A DNA stretch of 64,000 bases from Candidatus Eiseniibacteriota bacterium (GCA_963783375.1 CAWANH010000003.1:32001-96000), one strand, 5' to 3'. Counted from the first letter of the stretch, positions 37,459 through 46,488 are shown. Notes: a model not told the origin generated them from the letters alone. Numbers and translations: made by a program.

Positions 37459-38045
37459 CGGACCCTCGCCCCCGCCCCGTCCAGGGCGTCGATCTTGGCC
37501 ACCCGCCTCAAGTGGCGCTCCTCGATGCAGTCGGTGGAGAGAAAGGTCTTCACGATCTGGCGGGCCAGGGCGGCCCCGATCAGCCCCGCCCCCAGGGTGA
37601 GCACGTTGGCGTTGTTGTGCTCGCGGGCGTTGTTGGCGGTGGAGAGGTCGTAGCAGAGGGCGGCGCGCGCCCCGGGCACCTTGTTCGCGGCCATCGAGGA
37701 CCCGATCCCCGCCCCGTCCACCATGATGCCGAAGGCGCACCGTCCTTCGGCCACTTCCCGGGCCACCGCCGCCGCGAAGTCGGGATAGTCCACCGCCTCG
37801 GTGGAATGGGCGCCCATGTCCACCGCTTCCCAGCCGATGGTGGGGAGGAACCGCTTCAGGTCCTCCTTCATGGGGAAGCCGCCGTGGTCGGCGCCGACCG
37901 CCACCCGCCGGGCGGCGGTCCCGCCGCTCCGGGGAACGGTCGCGTCGCCGGGGTTTCCCCCTCCCGACACCACCCGCTCCACCACCGAGCGCACGAGGCT
38001 TTCCAACTCCCGATCCTGCAACCCGTCCTCCTCGACTCGATCCAC
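37455..38045 (-). CDS. rpiB: Ribose-5-phosphate isomerase B with N-terminal encapsulation peptide
   Basis: [46 protein letters not shown]; [16 protein letters not shown]. Confidence 0.92.
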   Translation of the reverse strand: MDRVEEDGLQDRELESLVRSVVERVVSGGGNPGDATVPRSGGTAARRVAVGADHGGFPMKEDLKRFLPTIGWEAVDMGAHSTEAVDYPDFAAAVAREVAEGRCAFGIMVDGAGIGSSMAANKVPGARAALCYDLSTANNAREHNNANVLTLGAGLIGAALARQIVKTFLSTDCIEERHLRRVAKIDALDGAGARVR

Positions 38046-38098
38046 AATGCTCGACCCGCGCGGCCGCGAAACGCGCCTTGCCGCGGGGTTGGTCGGCT

Positions 38099-38127
38099 AG
38101 GATACTACAAGCCCTATGGGGTGTCCA
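38099..38127 (-). promoter_or_regulatory. Putative sigma70 promoter of the BMC operon
   Basis: TGGACA-17 bp-TATCCT about 55 bp upstream of rpiB. Confidence 0.5.
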
Positions 38128-38213
38128 CGCAACGCCTTGGGCGGGCGGGACGTGGGAACCGGGCGCGGCTGCGCCCGGGGTTCACGCGGCGGACATCGGA
38201 TAGGAGGCGAAGC

Positions 38214-38978
38214 ATGACCCTGAAACTCTCGTTCGCCGGGCGGGTCGCCCTGGTGACCGGCGCATCGCGGGGGATCGGTCGCGCGGCGGCGATCGCCCTG
38301 GGGCGGGCGGGGGCCCGGGTGATGGTGGCGGCGGGGACGGCGCGGGACCTGGCCGAGTCGACCGCCTCGGCGGTCCGCGCCGCCGGCGCCGAATCGTCGG
38401 TGGTGGTCGGGGATCTCTCCGACCCCCGCACCCCCGAACAATACGTGGAGGCCTGCCGCCGGGCCTTCGGCGGCCTCGACATCCTGGTCAACAACGCGGG
38501 GATCTGGGAGGAGGAGGCGATCGGCGAGGTCACCCCCGAGGGGCTCGAGCGCACCCTGGCCGTGAACCTCAAGGCGGCGCTTCTCCTCTGCCGGCACGCC
38601 GCGCCGCTTTTGGCCGCGTCGGCGGCCGGGCGGATCGTGAACGTGTCGTCCACCGCGTCGCTTCTCGGCGAGCCGTTCCACGCGGCCTACGCGGCCAGCA
38701 AGGGAGGGCTCGACGCCATGACCCGCTCCCTCGCGGTGGAGCTGGGGCCCTCGGGGATCACCGTGAACGCGGTGGCGCCGGGGTGGACGGCCACCGACAT
38801 GGTGTCCGGGGAGCTGGAGAGCGAGGCGGGGCGGGCGCTGGTGGCTTCGGTTCCGCTCCGGAAGATCGCCACCGCCGACGACGTGGCCCTGGCGATCGTG
38901 TTTTTCGCTTCGGACTGGGCCGGCCACGTGAACGGGGTGGTGCTCCCGGTCGAGGGCGGCTACCGCATCCGCCGCTAG
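38214..38978 (+). CDS. SDR family oxidoreductase (FabG-like)
   Basis: RBS AGGAGG; TGASRGIG, NNAG, YAASK, VNAVAPG. Confidence 0.9.
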   Translation: MTLKLSFAGRVALVTGASRGIGRAAAIALGRAGARVMVAAGTARDLAESTASAVRAAGAESSVVVGDLSDPRTPEQYVEACRRAFGGLDILVNNAGIWEEEAIGEVTPEGLERTLAVNLKAALLLCRHAAPLLAASAAGRIVNVSSTASLLGEPFHAAYAASKGGLDAMTRSLAVELGPSGITVNAVAPGWTATDMVSGELESEAGRALVASVPLRKIATADDVALAIVFFASDWAGHVNGVVLPVEGGYRIRR

Positions 38979-38986
38979 GAGATCCC

Positions 38987-39592
38987 ATGGCCTTGAAGCA
39001 CGCCGACGGCATTGCGCGCTGCCCCTGGGTGAGCGACGACCCGATCTACGTGGCCTACCACGACACCGAGTGGGGGGTGCCGGAACGCGACGACCGCGCG
39101 CTCTTCGAGAAGCTGGTGCTGGACGGGTTCCAGGCCGGGCTCTCCTGGATCACCATTCTCCGGAAGCGCGAGAACTTCCGCCGGGCCTTCGACGGGTTCG
39201 ACCCCGAGCGGATCGCCCGCTACCGCGCGGCCCGGGTGGAGCGGCTCCTGGCCGATCCCGGGATCGTCCGGAACCGCCAGAAGGTCGAGGCCACGATCCG
39301 GAACGCGAAGGCTTATCTCGCGTTCCGGAAGGAGCACGGGAGCTTCAGCGATCACCTGTGGGGGTTTGTCGGGGGGGCGACGGTGGTGCACGACCTCCGG
39401 AAGCTCTCGGACTACCCGGCCCGGAGCCCGGAATCCGAGGCCATGAGCAAGGACCTGGTGAAGCGCGGCTTCGGCTTCGTGGGCCCGACGATCTGCTACG
39501 CGTTCATGCAGGCGGTGGGGATGGTGAACGACCACGCGGTGGATTGCTTTCGGAGGAGGGAGTTGGGGGGGAGGGGGGGGAGGCGGGGATGA
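38987..39592 (+). CDS. tag: DNA-3-methyladenine glycosylase I
   Basis: RCPW, YHDTEWG, FQAGLSWITILRKRENF, GIVRNR.K, FVGPTICYAFMQAVGMVNDH. Confidence 0.95.
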   Translation: MALKHADGIARCPWVSDDPIYVAYHDTEWGVPERDDRALFEKLVLDGFQAGLSWITILRKRENFRRAFDGFDPERIARYRAARVERLLADPGIVRNRQKVEATIRNAKAYLAFRKEHGSFSDHLWGFVGGATVVHDLRKLSDYPARSPESEAMSKDLVKRGFGFVGPTICYAFMQAVGMVNDHAVDCFRRRELGGRGGRRG

Positions 39593-39644
39593 AGGGGAGG
39601 TGGCTGTGGGGATCGAGCGGGAAGGCGCCCGGGGCGGGTGGCGT

Positions 39645-39941
39645 CTAGACCTCTCCACCCCGCGTCCAGACCGCCGGATCGCGCCGCGCGTGAAACACCC
39701 CGAGCACCACGACTTCTTCGGGTTCCAGCAAGTAGAAGACGCCGTAAGGGAAGCGCTTCAAGAGAGCGCGCCGGACCGGTTCCATGATCACCGCGTACAG
39801 CAGGGGGTCCCTGGAAACCCTTTCCAGGCACTCGTTCAACGAGGCTCTGAACTCCCGCCCAAGTCCGGGGGACGGTCCTCGGTACCAGCGAAACGCATCG
39901 CGGATGTCTCCCTCGGCGGCTTCGGTGATTCGGAGTTTCAA
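39645..39941 (-). CDS. RelE/ParE family toxin
   Basis: AEGDI..A..WY...GLG.EF...RRALLKRFPYGVFY...VFHARRDP. Confidence 0.88.
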   Translation of the reverse strand: MKLRITEAAEGDIRDAFRWYRGPSPGLGREFRASLNECLERVSRDPLLYAVIMEPVRRALLKRFPYGVFYLLEPEEVVVLGVFHARRDPAVWTRGGEV

Positions 39942-40156
39942 GATTCGTCCAGAGAGTCCCGTACTTCCTCCCAGGACCGACCCTGCTTAGGGTGAGCCCG
40001 ATAGTCAGCGAGGCGACGTTCAAGCTCAGCCTTCTGCGCTTCGGTCAGCGGGATGGATTCCGGATGGACGGCGAGGCTATCCCAAATCTCCTCCAGCAGA
40101 TGGAGGCGTTCCGCGACGCTGAGTCTCAGGATATCCTTCAGGCTAATTGCCGACAT
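39938..40156 (-). CDS. Addiction-module antitoxin (TIGR02574-like)
   Basis: LSVAERLHLLEEIWDSL...AELERR...SWEEV; ATGA overlap with toxin. Confidence 0.88.
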   Translation of the reverse strand: MSAISLKDILRLSVAERLHLLEEIWDSLAVHPESIPLTEAQKAELERRLADYRAHPKQGRSWEEVRDSLDES

Positions 40157-40281
40157 GACGCCATTCTACATCCTCGGAGGCCGGTCCACCAAGCCGACCG
40201 CGCCGCCCGCCCCTTCAGCCTCGTGTCCAAGCGCCCCCAAGCGCCGGTGGGACCAAGCGTTCTGGCGAGGATCATACTTAT

Positions 40282-40303
40282 TAACCTGATACGTATCTGG
40301 TTA
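40282..40303. promoter_or_regulatory. Near-perfect 22-bp palindrome, probable TA operator
   Basis: taacctgatacgtatctggtta with one mismatched pair, 10 bp upstream of the higB-like start. Confidence 0.55.
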
Positions 40304-40313
40304 CACGCGCCGC

Positions 40314-40424
40314 ATGGACATTCAGACCTTCCGGCACAAGGGCTTGGAGAGGTTCTTCACCTCGGGCTCAACCGGTAGATACAGTTCGACCTCTGGCATG
40401 AGAAACAGGGAAGCCAGAAGTTGA
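40314..40424 (+). pseudogene. Truncated HigB-like toxin
   Basis: MDIQTFRHKGLERFFTSGST resembles the HigB N-terminus; similarity is lost after about 20 codons and the stop comes at codon 37; no higA follows. Confidence 0.7.
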
Positions 40425-40458
40425 ATGGCAACCGGTTGACCGCCCGACCCGACGCTCC

Positions 40459-40590
40459 GCTCAACACGCAGGATAACCTGCAAGGCGACTTGGCGCGGGC
40501 TTGGCCCGCGCCGCATCCCAGATCGATCTTGGGCACCCTGCAGCCAAGACCGTGCCAAGTTGGTTTGTCAGCTTCATCCCGCTGTTAGCT
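40459..40590 (-). mobile_element. Integron attC recombination site (132 bp)
   Basis: Minus strand: R'' AGCTAAC, L'' GATGAAGC, paired arms ACTTGGC/GCCAAGT, CTTGGC/GCCAAG, CCCAAGATC/GATCTGGG, L' GGTTATC, R' GTTGAGC. Confidence 0.75.
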
Positions 40591-40677
40591 GGGCGGCAAG
40601 GGGTGCTGCTGAGGCAAATGCGATGGTGCTGGTGCGGCATGCCTGCGGGTTCGCTCCGGATATGGCCTGCTGTCTTC

Positions 40678-41169
40678 TCATGGGCTCAACAGAAAAGACG
40701 CAAGTATCTGGGGCAGTGCCGCTGAGTCACACCTGGTATTCACCACGATGATCTGGTCCGCGTGAGAGATGAAAACGACCGAGGTAGCGCACCCGGTACC
40801 AGCCTTGGTGAAGTAAGTCGCCCGGATGGCATCGTGACCATCTACCCTGATCTGTTCGACACCAATCTCTTCCGGAGCGTGCGTCCAGACCCAACGATAG
40901 GCGTATTCCCGAAGCTCCAAGCTGTCGGGATTCACAAAAACACCCACAGTCATGAACGGAACTGCCGTGCCCTCTACTTCGACTTCAAAGAGCCTCTGGT
41001 TAGGGTGATCAGGGCCCCTTTCCTCAATCTGTGCGCCGGGAATGCCTGGGTACTCAAAGGAGAAACCGAAGTCCTCGTTTGAGTATCTGTGATCATTCAC
41101 GGTCTCCGCTTCAGCCAGGCTGCCAGACCCTACGAGGATCGAGAGCATGAGGGCAAGAATAGCGCTCAT
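40678..41169 (-). CDS. Gene-cassette ORF: secreted PsbP/Mog1-like hypothetical protein
   Basis: Signal peptide; YSNEDFGFSFEYP; VDGHDAIR; visibly lower GC; preceded by GTTAGCT and RBS AGGAG. Confidence 0.7.
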   Translation of the reverse strand: MSAILALMLSILVGSGSLAEAETVNDHRYSNEDFGFSFEYPGIPGAQIEERGPDHPNQRLFEVEVEGTAVPFMTVGVFVNPDSLELREYAYRWVWTHAPEEIGVEQIRVDGHDAIRATYFTKAGTGCATSVVFISHADQIIVVNTRCDSAALPQILASFLLSP

Positions 41170-41699
41170 CTGCGTCTCCTGTTCCAGCTAACCTGAATTA
41201 TGCGGCTCGGATATTCGCCGTAGCATAGCGCTTTATGGTAGCTCGACGAAAGGGTTGATCTGCTCGTCCAGCCGACTCCGAGGTCGGTCGGGCCTCGCGA
41301 GGACAGCGGTTCGGAATTGCCCGTCGACGGGAGATCGCATAGCAGGATACAGACGGTGGGCCCGTCGAACGCCCGCCGATTGGACGGGAGAAATCGCGGG
41401 ATACGCTGCATATGCAGTCGAAGGTGTGCGCGGGTACTTGGGGGATCTCAAGTCAGCAATCCCCGCGGAAAGGCCTGAACCCACGGTGTACCCGGGTACT
41501 CGGGTAAACCCGAGCCGGCGAAATCGGGCCGGCCGTAGCGGACTCCCCCACGCACGGGAAATGCCGGGCGAATCCCGGGGCAACCACCCGCCGACAGAGA
41601 CGCCCTACCTGCGAATCACGACAATCGAACCGCAGGCCGCCCGGGCAAGCGCTGCCATCCGCGAGCCACGGTGGCCGAGCCCCGCGGCCCCTCTCCGGA

Positions 41700-41996
41700 T
41701 CAGGCGCTCTGCGCCCGGAACCGACTTGGGAACTCCGGCCCGAAGGTGACCTCCGGGTGGAGCTGCTTGGCCCGGGCCAGGAGGGCGTCCTCGGTCTCGG
41801 GGCGGGCGGGATCGGGCAGGCAGCATTCCACCGGGCAGGTGAGCTGGCACTGCTCGACCTCGTGGAAGCCCACGCACTCGGTGCACTTCTCCTGGTCGAT
41901 CTCGTAGATCTCGGGGCCGGGGGCGATCGCTTCGTTGGGGCAGGCGGGCTCGCAGGCTCCGCAGGAAATGCACTCTTCGGTGATGTGGGTCGCCAC
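41700..41996 (-). CDS. YfhL-type 2[4Fe-4S] ferredoxin
   Basis: CISCGACEPACP and CTECVG...QC...CPVECC; RBS GGAGGA before GTG. Confidence 0.9.
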   Translation of the reverse strand: MATHITEECISCGACEPACPNEAIAPGPEIYEIDQEKCTECVGFHEVEQCQLTCPVECCLPDPARPETEDALLARAKQLHPEVTFGPEFPSRFRAQSA

Positions 41997-42133
41997 GTCG
42001 TCATCCTCCCGGAAACTCGGTCGTTCCAATCCGTGTGCGGGAGCCGGTCCCGGGGGACCGGCCGCACCCTGCCAAGGCGGGGCGAAGTATACCGCGGCGA
42101 CGGCCGCCATCAAAGCGCGGACCGCTCTCCCGG

Positions 42134-42811
42134 CTACTTCCCCCCCGCCCTCGACACGAACCGCACCATGTCACGCTTCAGGCCGTCGTTCACCGGGTCG
42201 GCGCCGAACCAGATCGCCCAGAGGGCGTTGGCCAGCGCCTCGTCGTTGATGGGCGGCACCGGCCGCCCGGCGATCCGGGTGTAGAGCCCCATCCCCGGCA
42301 TCCAGGTGAGGGCGATGGTCTGACCGTCCTTCACCCCGTCGCCGGTGAAGCCGCCCAGGAACGTCTCCACGTCGGCCTTCAGGGCGTCGGTCATGTCCTT
42401 GTCGGAAATCGTCTTCTTGAAGCCGTCCTCGAAGGCGCCGCGGATCTTTCCCCCGTCCACGTCGTGGACGAAGTACATCTCGATCCGCTTGGGGAAGTTG
42501 CCGTCGATCAGGGTCTGGTAGGGGTCGCTCCCGAAGTCGGTCCCGGCCTCGGCGTAGGCCACCCCCTCATAGACCTTGATGATCAGCTTCTTCCGCATCC
42601 CCGAGCCCACCGCATCGAGCCGGTAGGACTCCCCCCGGGCCTTGATCTCGATCGTGGACGGGAAGGTGTGGTCGGTTCCCTCTCCCGCGAAGGTGGCGTC
42701 ACCGGACGCGGTGACGTTCAGGAGCTGGGGGGCGGGGGCCGCCCCTTCCTGGGCCAGCGCCGCGGAGGAGACGGCGAGGGCGGCGAGAGTCGCACACACA
42801 TGCTTGATCAT
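42134..42811 (-). CDS. Secreted chalcone-isomerase-like (Chalcone_3) protein
   Basis: Signal peptide; GSGMRKKLIIKVY...ALWAIWFGADPV...LK. Confidence 0.8.
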   Translation of the reverse strand: MIKHVCATLAALAVSSAALAQEGAAPAPQLLNVTASGDATFAGEGTDHTFPSTIEIKARGESYRLDAVGSGMRKKLIIKVYEGVAYAEAGTDFGSDPYQTLIDGNFPKRIEMYFVHDVDGGKIRGAFEDGFKKTISDKDMTDALKADVETFLGGFTGDGVKDGQTIALTWMPGMGLYTRIAGRPVPPINDEALANALWAIWFGADPVNDGLKRDMVRFVSRAGGK

Positions 42812-43000
42812 GGCGGTACCTCCCGGGCATGGACCGGCGGGGAAGCCGCCGGTCGGGTCAGGTTGGGCTCTCCCGTTCCTCTGACGCTATAGGTACCGGC
42901 CGGGATGGGCAAGGCCGCTTTCGCCGCCCAATCCCCATCGGCGGGCGGCCCTCCGGCCTCGGCGGTCGCCGGCAGGGTCCGCCCAGAGCCGCGCCGGACC

Positions 43001-45151
43001 TCAGGCCGGTCGCACCAGGACCCGCGCGTCCACCGCCACGCAACCCCGGCCCGCGGGCAGCACCTTGACCGGGTTCAGGTCCATCTCCGCGATCTCGGGA
43101 TGGTCCCCCACCAGGGCCGAGACCCGGAGCAGCACCTCTTCCAGGGCGTCCAGGTCGGCGGGCGGCGCTCCGCGGTAACCGGTCAGGAGCGGATACCCCT
43201 TCACCGACCGGACCATCTCGTGGGCGTCGAGATCGGTCAGCGGATGGAGACGGAACGCGGCGTCCTTCATCAGCTCCACCTGGACGCCCCCCAGGCCGAA
43301 CGCCACCAGGGGTCCGAACTTGGGGTCCTGGGTGACGCCGACGATGACCTCCACCCCTTCCTTCACCAGGGGCTGGACGGTGAACCCGCGGAGCTTTCCG
43401 CCGAGGCCCCGGCCCTCCAGCGCCTCCAGGATCTCCGCCACCGCGCGCTTCACCTCGGACTCGGTGCGCAGGTCGAGCCGCACCCCCCCCACGTCGCTCT
43501 TGTGGGCGATGGTCTCGGAGTCGAGCTTCACCACCACCGGGAAGCCCAGCTCCCGGGCCGCCGCCGCCGCGGCCTCGGCATCCGCGACCACCCTCGCCTG
43601 GGGAACCTTGATGCCGTAGGCCCGCACCAGGCGTTCCACCTCCCCCGGCGCCAGCCAGCCGCCGTCCTTCCCCAGCCGCTCCCGGGCGGTGACCATCACC
43701 GCATCCGCGGTCCCGCGGTCGACGTCGTCGAAGCTCCGCTCCGTCCCCTCGGGACGGCGGAGCCACTCGCCATAGCGCATGGCGCGATGGAGCACGCGCA
43801 CCGCGCTCTCGGGGAAGGCGTACGAAGGAATGTGGCCGCGCTTCAGCGAATGGAGCCCCTCCGGCACGCCGTGCCGGCCCATGAAGCACGCCACCACCGG
43901 CTTCTCGGTGCCCTCCGCTCCGGCCACGATGGCCTGCCCCACCGCCTTGGACTCGGTGATGATCGGGGGCACGAAGAGCGCGAGCAGCGCGTCCACGTTG
44001 GGGTCGTCGAGAAGGATCCGCGAGGCCCGTTCGTAGTTCTCCGCGGTCGCCGAGGCGATCATGTCCACCGGGTTCTTGACGCTGGCCTCGGGGGGGAGGA
44101 ACTCGCGAAGCTTCCGGGTGGACTCGGGGGTGAGGTCGGGGATCTCCAGCCCCTTGGCCTCGCAGGCGTCGGTGGCCAGGATGCCCGGGCCGCCGGCGTT
44201 GGTGACGATCGCCACCCGCCGCCCCGCCGGCACCGGCTGGTGGGCGAGGAACGCGGCCATGTCGAACAGCTCCTCCACCGTGTCCACCCGGATCACCCCG
44301 GCCTGGGCCATGAGCGCGTCCACCGCAACGTCGGCCCCGGCCAGGGCCCCGGTGTGGCTCGAGGCCGCACGCATCCCGCGCTGGGTTCGCCCGCTCTTCA
44401 CCGCCACGATGGGCTTCCGCCGGGAGATGGCGCGGGCCAGCCGGGTGAACTTCCGCGGATTGCCGAAGGATTCCAGGTAGAGAAGGATGACCTTGGTGCG
44501 GGGGTCGGCGTCCCACCACTGGATGAGGTCGTTACCCGAGACGTCGGTCTTGTTCCCCATCGAGACGAACTCGCTCACCCCGATGTTGAACTCCCGGGTG
44601 TAGTCGAGGATGGCCACCCCGAGCGCCCCGCTCTGGCTGGCGATGGCCACCGTGCCCTCGGGGGGATAGGTGGGGGCGAAGGTGGCGTCCAGCCGCACGT
44701 CGGGGGCGGTGGAGAGCACGCCGAGACAGTTGGGACCCACCATGCGGATGCCGTGGCTCCGCACGAGTTCCTTCAGCCGGGCCTCCAGCGCCGCCCCGTC
44801 CGCGCCGGTCTCCTTGAAGCCGGCGGAGACCACCACGATCCCCCGGACCCCCTTCGCCGCGCACTCCTCGACCGCGGCCAGGACGGCGCCGGCCGGGATC
44901 ACGATCACCGCCAGGTCCACCGGATCGGGGATGGCGGAGATCGAGGGATAGGCCCGCACCGACTGGACCACCGCGGCCTTGGGGTTGACCGGGTAGACCG
45001 GGCCTTCGAGGCCGGTGGCGATGAGGTTCTTGAAGATCTCCCGGCCCAGGGAGCCCGGTTTGGTCGAGGCCCCGATCACCGCCACCGATTTCGGCCGGAG
45101 AAGTCCGGAGAGATCCGTCCCGCTGTCGTCCCGTCGCGTATCGTCGCTCAT
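43001..45151 (-). CDS. ADP-forming acyl-CoA synthetase (fused alpha/beta acetate-CoA ligase)
   Basis: PKSVAVIGAS, GPNCLG, SQSGA, SMGNK.D, SHTGALAG (phospho-His), NPVDM, HKSDVGGV, EMDLNP, VDAR. Confidence 0.92.
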   Translation of the reverse strand: MSDDTRRDDSGTDLSGLLRPKSVAVIGASTKPGSLGREIFKNLIATGLEGPVYPVNPKAAVVQSVRAYPSISAIPDPVDLAVIVIPAGAVLAAVEECAAKGVRGIVVVSAGFKETGADGAALEARLKELVRSHGIRMVGPNCLGVLSTAPDVRLDATFAPTYPPEGTVAIASQSGALGVAILDYTREFNIGVSEFVSMGNKTDVSGNDLIQWWDADPRTKVILLYLESFGNPRKFTRLARAISRRKPIVAVKSGRTQRGMRAASSHTGALAGADVAVDALMAQAGVIRVDTVEELFDMAAFLAHQPVPAGRRVAIVTNAGGPGILATDACEAKGLEIPDLTPESTRKLREFLPPEASVKNPVDMIASATAENYERASRILLDDPNVDALLALFVPPIITESKAVGQAIVAGAEGTEKPVVACFMGRHGVPEGLHSLKRGHIPSYAFPESAVRVLHRAMRYGEWLRRPEGTERSFDDVDRGTADAVMVTARERLGKDGGWLAPGEVERLVRAYGIKVPQARVVADAEAAAAAARELGFPVVVKLDSETIAHKSDVGGVRLDLRTESEVKRAVAEILEALEGRGLGGKLRGFTVQPLVKEGVEVIVGVTQDPKFGPLVAFGLGGVQVELMKDAAFRLHPLTDLDAHEMVRSVKGYPLLTGYRGAPPADLDALEEVLLRVSALVGDHPEIAEMDLNPVKVLPAGRGCVAVDARVLVRPA

Positions 45152-45182
45152 CGTCCCTTCCGTTCCTCCCCCGCGCGCGTGC

Positions 45183-45647
45183 TCATTCCGGGTTGCTTTC
45201 GTCTTCCCTGGGATGGATCACCAGGATCGGGCAGGGGGCCTTCCGCACCACCTTCTCGGTCACGCTTCCGATCAGCATGTGCTTGAGGCCGGTCCGGCCG
45301 TGGGTCCCCATCACGATCACGTCCGCCTTCTCCTCTTCGGCCAGATTCACGATACCGGCGTAGGGAGTGCCGTGGAGAACCTTCTGGACCACCTTCACCC
45401 CCGCCGGAACCTGGGCGGGCACGAAGCCGGCCAGCTCCCGGGTCGCCTCCTCGCTGAGGCGCTGGCCCAGTTCCGGAGGCGGGAGCGCCACCCCCACGTA
45501 CCCGTAGGTCAGGGGCGTGTCGTCCACCACGTGGCAGACGATCACCGTGCCTCCCTCGCCCACCATGTCGAACGCATAGGCCATGGCCACCCGCGACGGC
45601 TCGGAGAAATCGGTAGGAGCCAGGACCCGCTTGAATTCCTTGGGCAT
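45183..45647 (-). CDS. Universal stress protein
   Basis: VLAPTDFS, IVMGTHGRTG...GSVTEKVVRKAPCPILV. Confidence 0.93.
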   Translation of the reverse strand: MPKEFKRVLAPTDFSEPSRVAMAYAFDMVGEGGTVIVCHVVDDTPLTYGYVGVALPPPELGQRLSEEATRELAGFVPAQVPAGVKVVQKVLHGTPYAGIVNLAEEEKADVIVMGTHGRTGLKHMLIGSVTEKVVRKAPCPILVIHPREDESNPE

Positions 45648-45751
45648 CGCACACCTCCCTTGGTCGGCCGGCGTCGGTCCCGCGGGGCGTTGCTTCCAGC
45701 CCTGACGGAGGCCGACTCCGGCGATTTGCGGCCGGTTTGGGCGCGCCGCGA

Positions 45752-45956
45752 CGCTTCCGGTTGCTCCCTGACGCGCCCGGGGACCCTTCGCCTTCGGGCG
45801 TCACGCGGTTTCCTGAGGCGTCCCGCGACGCCTTGGCGCACCCGGGGACGCTCCGCCCTCGGGCGCTCGGTGGCGCTTCCGGTGCTCCTTGACCGTCCCG
45901 GGGGTCCTCCGCTTTCGGGCGCTCCGCGAATTCCCGGGCTGTCCCGCGACGCCTTG
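45752..45956. repeat. Degenerate direct repeats with small hairpins
   Basis: cgcttccgg..tgctcc.tgac...gtcccgcgacgccttg at about 45752-45835 and 45874-45956; submotif cccgggg..cgc(c/t)(c/t)tcgggcg at about 45776, 45841 and 45897. Confidence 0.6.
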
Positions 45957-46110
45957 AAAACCCGTACGGGCAGATCCCCGACCACCCGTCCGACTCCGCC
46001 AATCCAGTATATGGCTCGCCCCGAAGCCTGCCGACCCTGAAATGGTTTATCGGTGCGCCGCCGGCCCCTGCCACCGCGCACCCACGGTCCCATCGGACAT
46101 CACGCCCCGG

Positions 46111-46488
46111 GGCGGCGGTGTACCCGGGTACTCGGGTGGCTGAAGGTCACGTTCGGTCGGGGGGGATATGACCGGAGGGAACCGCACTCCCTTCGGCCGG
46201 GCGGCGGTGTACCCGGGTACTCGGATGGCTGAAGGTCACGTTCGACCGGGCGGCATCGTACCCGGGCAGTCGGGGGACCGTTCGCAGCGTGCGACCTTGG
46301 GCCCGGTGCCCGTTCGTCTCGGCACCTGGCGTGGGCCTCGTTCACCGGTCGCCGGCCGGCGATCCGCCCGCTCCGCGCGGCGGTGTACCCGGGTACTCGG
46401 ATGGCTGAAGGTCACGTTCGGTCGGGGGGGATATGACCGGGGGGAACCGCACTCCCGTCGGTCGGGCGGCGGTGTACCCGGGTACTCG
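46111..46488. repeat. 89-bp repeat units with GTACCCGGGTAC palindromic core, downstream of the HNH gene
   Basis: Cores at 46120, 46209, 46385, 46474 and a degenerate one at 46258; 46113-46222 is nearly identical to 46378-46488. Confidence 0.9.

Noticed and set aside
39552-39600. G-rich tract as G-quadruplex or phase-variable site
   Set aside because: It lies in the dispensable tail of tag, homopolymer lengths are unreliable, and nothing supports a function.
46111-46488. CRISPR array
   Set aside because: The sequences between cores are near-identical copies rather than unique spacers, the spacing is irregular, and there are no cas genes.
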